64,000 bases of DNA from Kudoa neothunni (Eukaryota > Animalia > Cnidaria). The notes below the pieces were generated by a model, which saw only the letters and a list, made by a program, of their open reading frames with translations, was not told the DNA's origin and did not search any database. Below are positions 62,812 to 64,000 of the stretch, piece by piece. Position numbers and translations under genes: made by a program. The number at the start of each line of letters is the position of its first letter. Position 1 is the first letter of the stretch. The stretch is taken from assembly GCA_964304625.1 (NCBI GenBank), contig OZ199840.1, forward strand, positions 9,346,882 through 9,410,881, read 5' to 3'.

Positions 62812-63126
62812 TTGACAAATAAAGCTATGGCGGGAAAGGAAAATTCTAATAATAAGTACGTTCTATTAAAAACACAACGCGGATGCGAAAAAATTCTTCA
62901 CGAGGGATTTTTTTATGTTAAAGATTACGCCAAGAATAATACACAATATTTGAGATGTGACGTCAGGAAATGTAAGGGCCGGTTATCGACAACTCTTGGC
63001 GATAAAATTGATAGCATCGAGAAAAGAGGCTATCACGACCATATAGTATCTGATGAAGAAATAAATAAAACGATTTTCAACTGTGATCGAATCTCACATC
63101 CCCAAATTCATAGTTCACACCCTTAG
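62812..63126 (+). mobile_element. FLYWCH Zn-finger N-terminus of a truncated Mutator-like transposase
   Basis: TQRGCEKILHEGFFY...YLRCDVRKCKGRL...HDH. Cut off near a hAT-like end GGGGTGCGGGAACCACTG at ~63126-63143. Confidence 0.75.
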
Positions 63127-63573
63127 GGGTGCGGGAACCACTGTTATGCAGGGTTTAAACATTTACGAATATTGAACCACAGCACATTAGATTGTTTAAC
63201 ATGACACGATTACATAATTACTCAGTAAACATTGTCACACATTATTAGAAAATTTAAATGTTATTTCAAAATGTATTTTGAACTGTGAAGTAATAACTTG
63301 GGAGTGTATTGATCTACATTAGACACTAAATATGAGTGAGTGTTCGTGTCAAGATGTTTCGATTATACGACGATAAATTTAAATTTAATGCCTGAGGATG
63401 TAATTATTGATTCGGAAGAAGGTTAAAAACTTTAATAGATACAATTATATTTTTTTTGTATTTTAAACTAGTGCTTTTCTCGACCTTGGGTTCTTTTAAA
63501 ATCCGCTGACAGCTCTGTTTTGAGATTATATTTTATCATGCCAATAGCCTGTTTGTTGAAAAATTCTATTTAA

Positions 63574-64000
63574 CCCTCTAAGCTATCGAAAAATTCCATC
63601 CTCTAACGGGCTTGGGATGAAAAACACCCCACCCTTTTTATTTGTTACGTTTCCTCAAAAAATTATTTTGAGTTGATTTATAAATTTTTAGAAAATTCTA
63701 GCGATAGAATTTTGAATAAATTTACATTTTTTATCCGACTTAATCCATTTCATTACCGTTCGGCTTAAGGTTCATGACTCACAACGAAAAATAGAGCCTA
63801 ACGTTAAGTTGCGTAAAAAAGAATTTGTTGAAACAAATCATATAATTTTAAAATTTACAGGATAGATAATTATTACGATTGATCGCAATAATAACATTTT
63901 CTAGATGAATGAAGCCGACAATAATAATAATATTCGCAGTTTAAACAGTTGTTAGATGGTTTTTTATCATTTTGGCGAGGACAGAAGGCGCAGCGCTCTT
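63574..64000 (-). mobile_element. 3' end of another piggyBac (continues beyond the window)
   Basis: TTAA|CCCTCTAAGCTATC with a subterminal repeat. The minus strand encodes the Cys-rich tail ERCAFCPRQNDKKPSNNCLNCEYYYCRLHSSRKCYYC. Confidence 0.85.

Overview
AT-rich eukaryotic nuclear DNA with many short (about 40-60 nt) GT-AG introns and very divergent proteins. A Sox HMG gene, integrin-beta genes and a Gal-3-O-sulfotransferase indicate an animal. A derived parasite such as a myxozoan cnidarian would fit, but that is inference only. Host genes reconstructed by hand: coatomer gamma (with a tRNA-Arg(CCT) inside intron 2), an orphan multipass membrane protein, BRX1, a head-to-head pair of PRORP-like NYN nucleases, Sox, GAL3ST, and three tandem 19-exon integrin-beta-like genes. 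Much of the remaining sequence is decayed or nested DNA transposons (piggyBac, hAT, Merlin, Helitron, pogo-type MITE, Mutator-like). Two candidate novel systems stand out. (1) Two divergently transcribed PRORP (protein-only RNase P)-like paralogs lie 133 bp apart. One has a mitochondrial-type presequence and a Zn site; the other starts where that presequence ends and appears to lack the Zn site, suggesting organellar versus non-organellar PRORP or a heterodimer in an animal. (2) A tandem family of integrin-beta-like surface proteins has a degenerate MIDAS, no NPxY tail, near-identical stalks and mosaic variable heads, resembling a conversion-diversified surface antigen family. All gene models and alignments were made by eye and need RNA-seq/HMM confirmation.
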